Source: Candidatus Saccharimonadota bacterium
GTDB lineage: Bacteria; Pseudomonadota; Gammaproteobacteria; Enterobacterales; Enterobacteriaceae
DNA: 32,000 bases
Reading direction: 5' to 3'
NCBI RefSeq assembly: GCF_964059045.1
Contig: NZ_OZ060402.1
Coordinates: forward strand, 480,001-512,000
Part shown: piece after piece, positions 31,115 through 32,000 of the stretch
Layout of the letters: every line of letters starts with the position of its first letter
Position numbering within the stretch: position 1 is the first letter of the stretch
Made by a program: the position numbers and the translations under genes
Notes under the pieces: generated by a model
Databases searched by the model: none
Told to the model about the DNA's origin: nothing
The model's input: the letters and a program-made list of their open reading frames with translations, nothing else

Positions 31115-32000
31115 ATGTTAAAAATAATATTTGCTGGTACACCAGAATTTGCTGCTCAACATTTAATCGCATTAATTAAGTCTCAATATGTTATTTCAGC
31201 TGTTATAACAAAACCTGATAAACCCTCTGGAAGAGGAAACAAAATAATTTTTTCAGCAGTTAAAACAATTGCAAAAAAATATAATATTCCATTATTACAA
31301 CCAGAAAAAATAAATAAAACAGTAGAACTATCTTTATATCATTTTCATGCTGATGTAATGATAGTAGTTGCCTATGGATTAATAATTACAGAAACGATAT
31401 TAAAGATGTTTCCTATTGGATGTCTAAATATTCATGCATCTTTACTACCTCGATGGAGAGGGCCTTCACCAATACAAAGTGCATTACTTCAAGGAGATAC
31501 ACAAACAGGAATTACTATTATTAATATGGATAATAAAATAGATACTGGAGATATTATTTATGCTATGAAATGTAATATTTTAAAAACAGATAATACAATA
31601 ACTTTAACAAAAAAATTAATTCAATTAGGTATTCAATCTATATTGATTACATTAGAAAAAATTTCAAATAATACATTTAATTATCAAAAACAAAAACAAT
31701 GTCAAGCGACTTATTCAAAAAAAATAACAAAAAAACATGCAAAAATTAATTGGAAAAATGATGCTGAAATATTAGATAGAATGATTCGAGCATATAATCC
31801 ATGGCCAATTAGTTATTTTATCATGAATAATATTCAAATAAAAATATTAGAAGCAAAAATTATAAAAAAAGATATCACAGAAAAAAAATCTATAGGAGAA
31901 ATTATTTCTATTGACTGCAAAGGTATAAATATACAAACAAAAAAAAATATCATACAAATAAAAAAAATACAATTTCCTGGGAAAAAAATAATTACAGTAA
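31115..32000 (+). CDS. fmt: methionyl-tRNA formyltransferase (3' end beyond the window)
   Basis: The ATG lies 4 nt after the def stop, and the frame stays open to the window end. It begins MLKIIFAGTPEFA and contains NIHASLLPRWRGPSPIQ (E. coli NVHGSLLPRWRGAAPIQ). It is missing from the ORF track because no stop falls in the window. Confidence 0.93.
   Translation, partial: MLKIIFAGTPEFAAQHLIALIKSQYVISAVITKPDKPSGRGNKIIFSAVKTIAKKYNIPLLQPEKINKTVELSLYHFHADVMIVVAYGLIITETILKMFPIGCLNIHASLLPRWRGPSPIQSALLQGDTQTGITIINMDNKIDTGDIIYAMKCNILKTDNTITLTKKLIQLGIQSILITLEKISNNTFNYQKQKQCQATYSKKITKKHAKINWKNDAEILDRMIRAYNPWPISYFIMNNIQIKILEAKIIKKDITEKKSIGEIISIDCKGINIQTKKNIIQIKKIQFPGKKIITV

Overview
This window is extremely AT-rich and tightly packed. 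It carries 24 housekeeping protein genes, 23S and 5S rRNA, two tRNAs and the SRP (4.5S) RNA. The order is cyoD-cyoC-cyoB-cyoA (-) | bolA-tig-clpP-clpX-lon-ppiD-mdlA-mdlB (+) | ffs (-) | dnaX-ybaB-htpG-adk (+) | tRNA-Arg(UCU) (-) | folD (+) | cysS (-) | ybeD (+) | cspE, 5S, 23S, tRNA-Glu(UUC), aroE, tsaC (-) | def-fmt (+). This is E. coli-like synteny with the accessory genes deleted, plus a 23S-5S unit with no 16S gene. From memory, that combination is typical of a Buchnera aphidicola-type obligate insect endosymbiont; this taxonomic call is inference, since no search was possible. All CDSs look intact and keep their catalytic motifs. Only the rRNA, tRNA and ffs genes stand out as GC-richer islands. 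I see no mobile element, CRISPR array, toxin or defence locus, secretion or biosynthetic cluster, and no unexplained long ORF. I therefore do not claim a novel multi-gene system. What remains unexplained is non-coding: three base-perfect long inverted repeats, with 27-, 70- and 45-bp arms, sit in spacers that otherwise look like decaying AT-rich sequence. Smaller points are an SRP RNA the ORF track cannot show, a dnaX cut down to the clamp-loader core, and a sigma-32-like promoter with a leader hairpin before lon. CyoA has lost its lipobox cysteine, the long empty spacers look like gene-loss scars, and three ORF-track starts are non-ATG (cyoA TTG, which I replace with an ATG; mdlA GTG; tsaC TTG).
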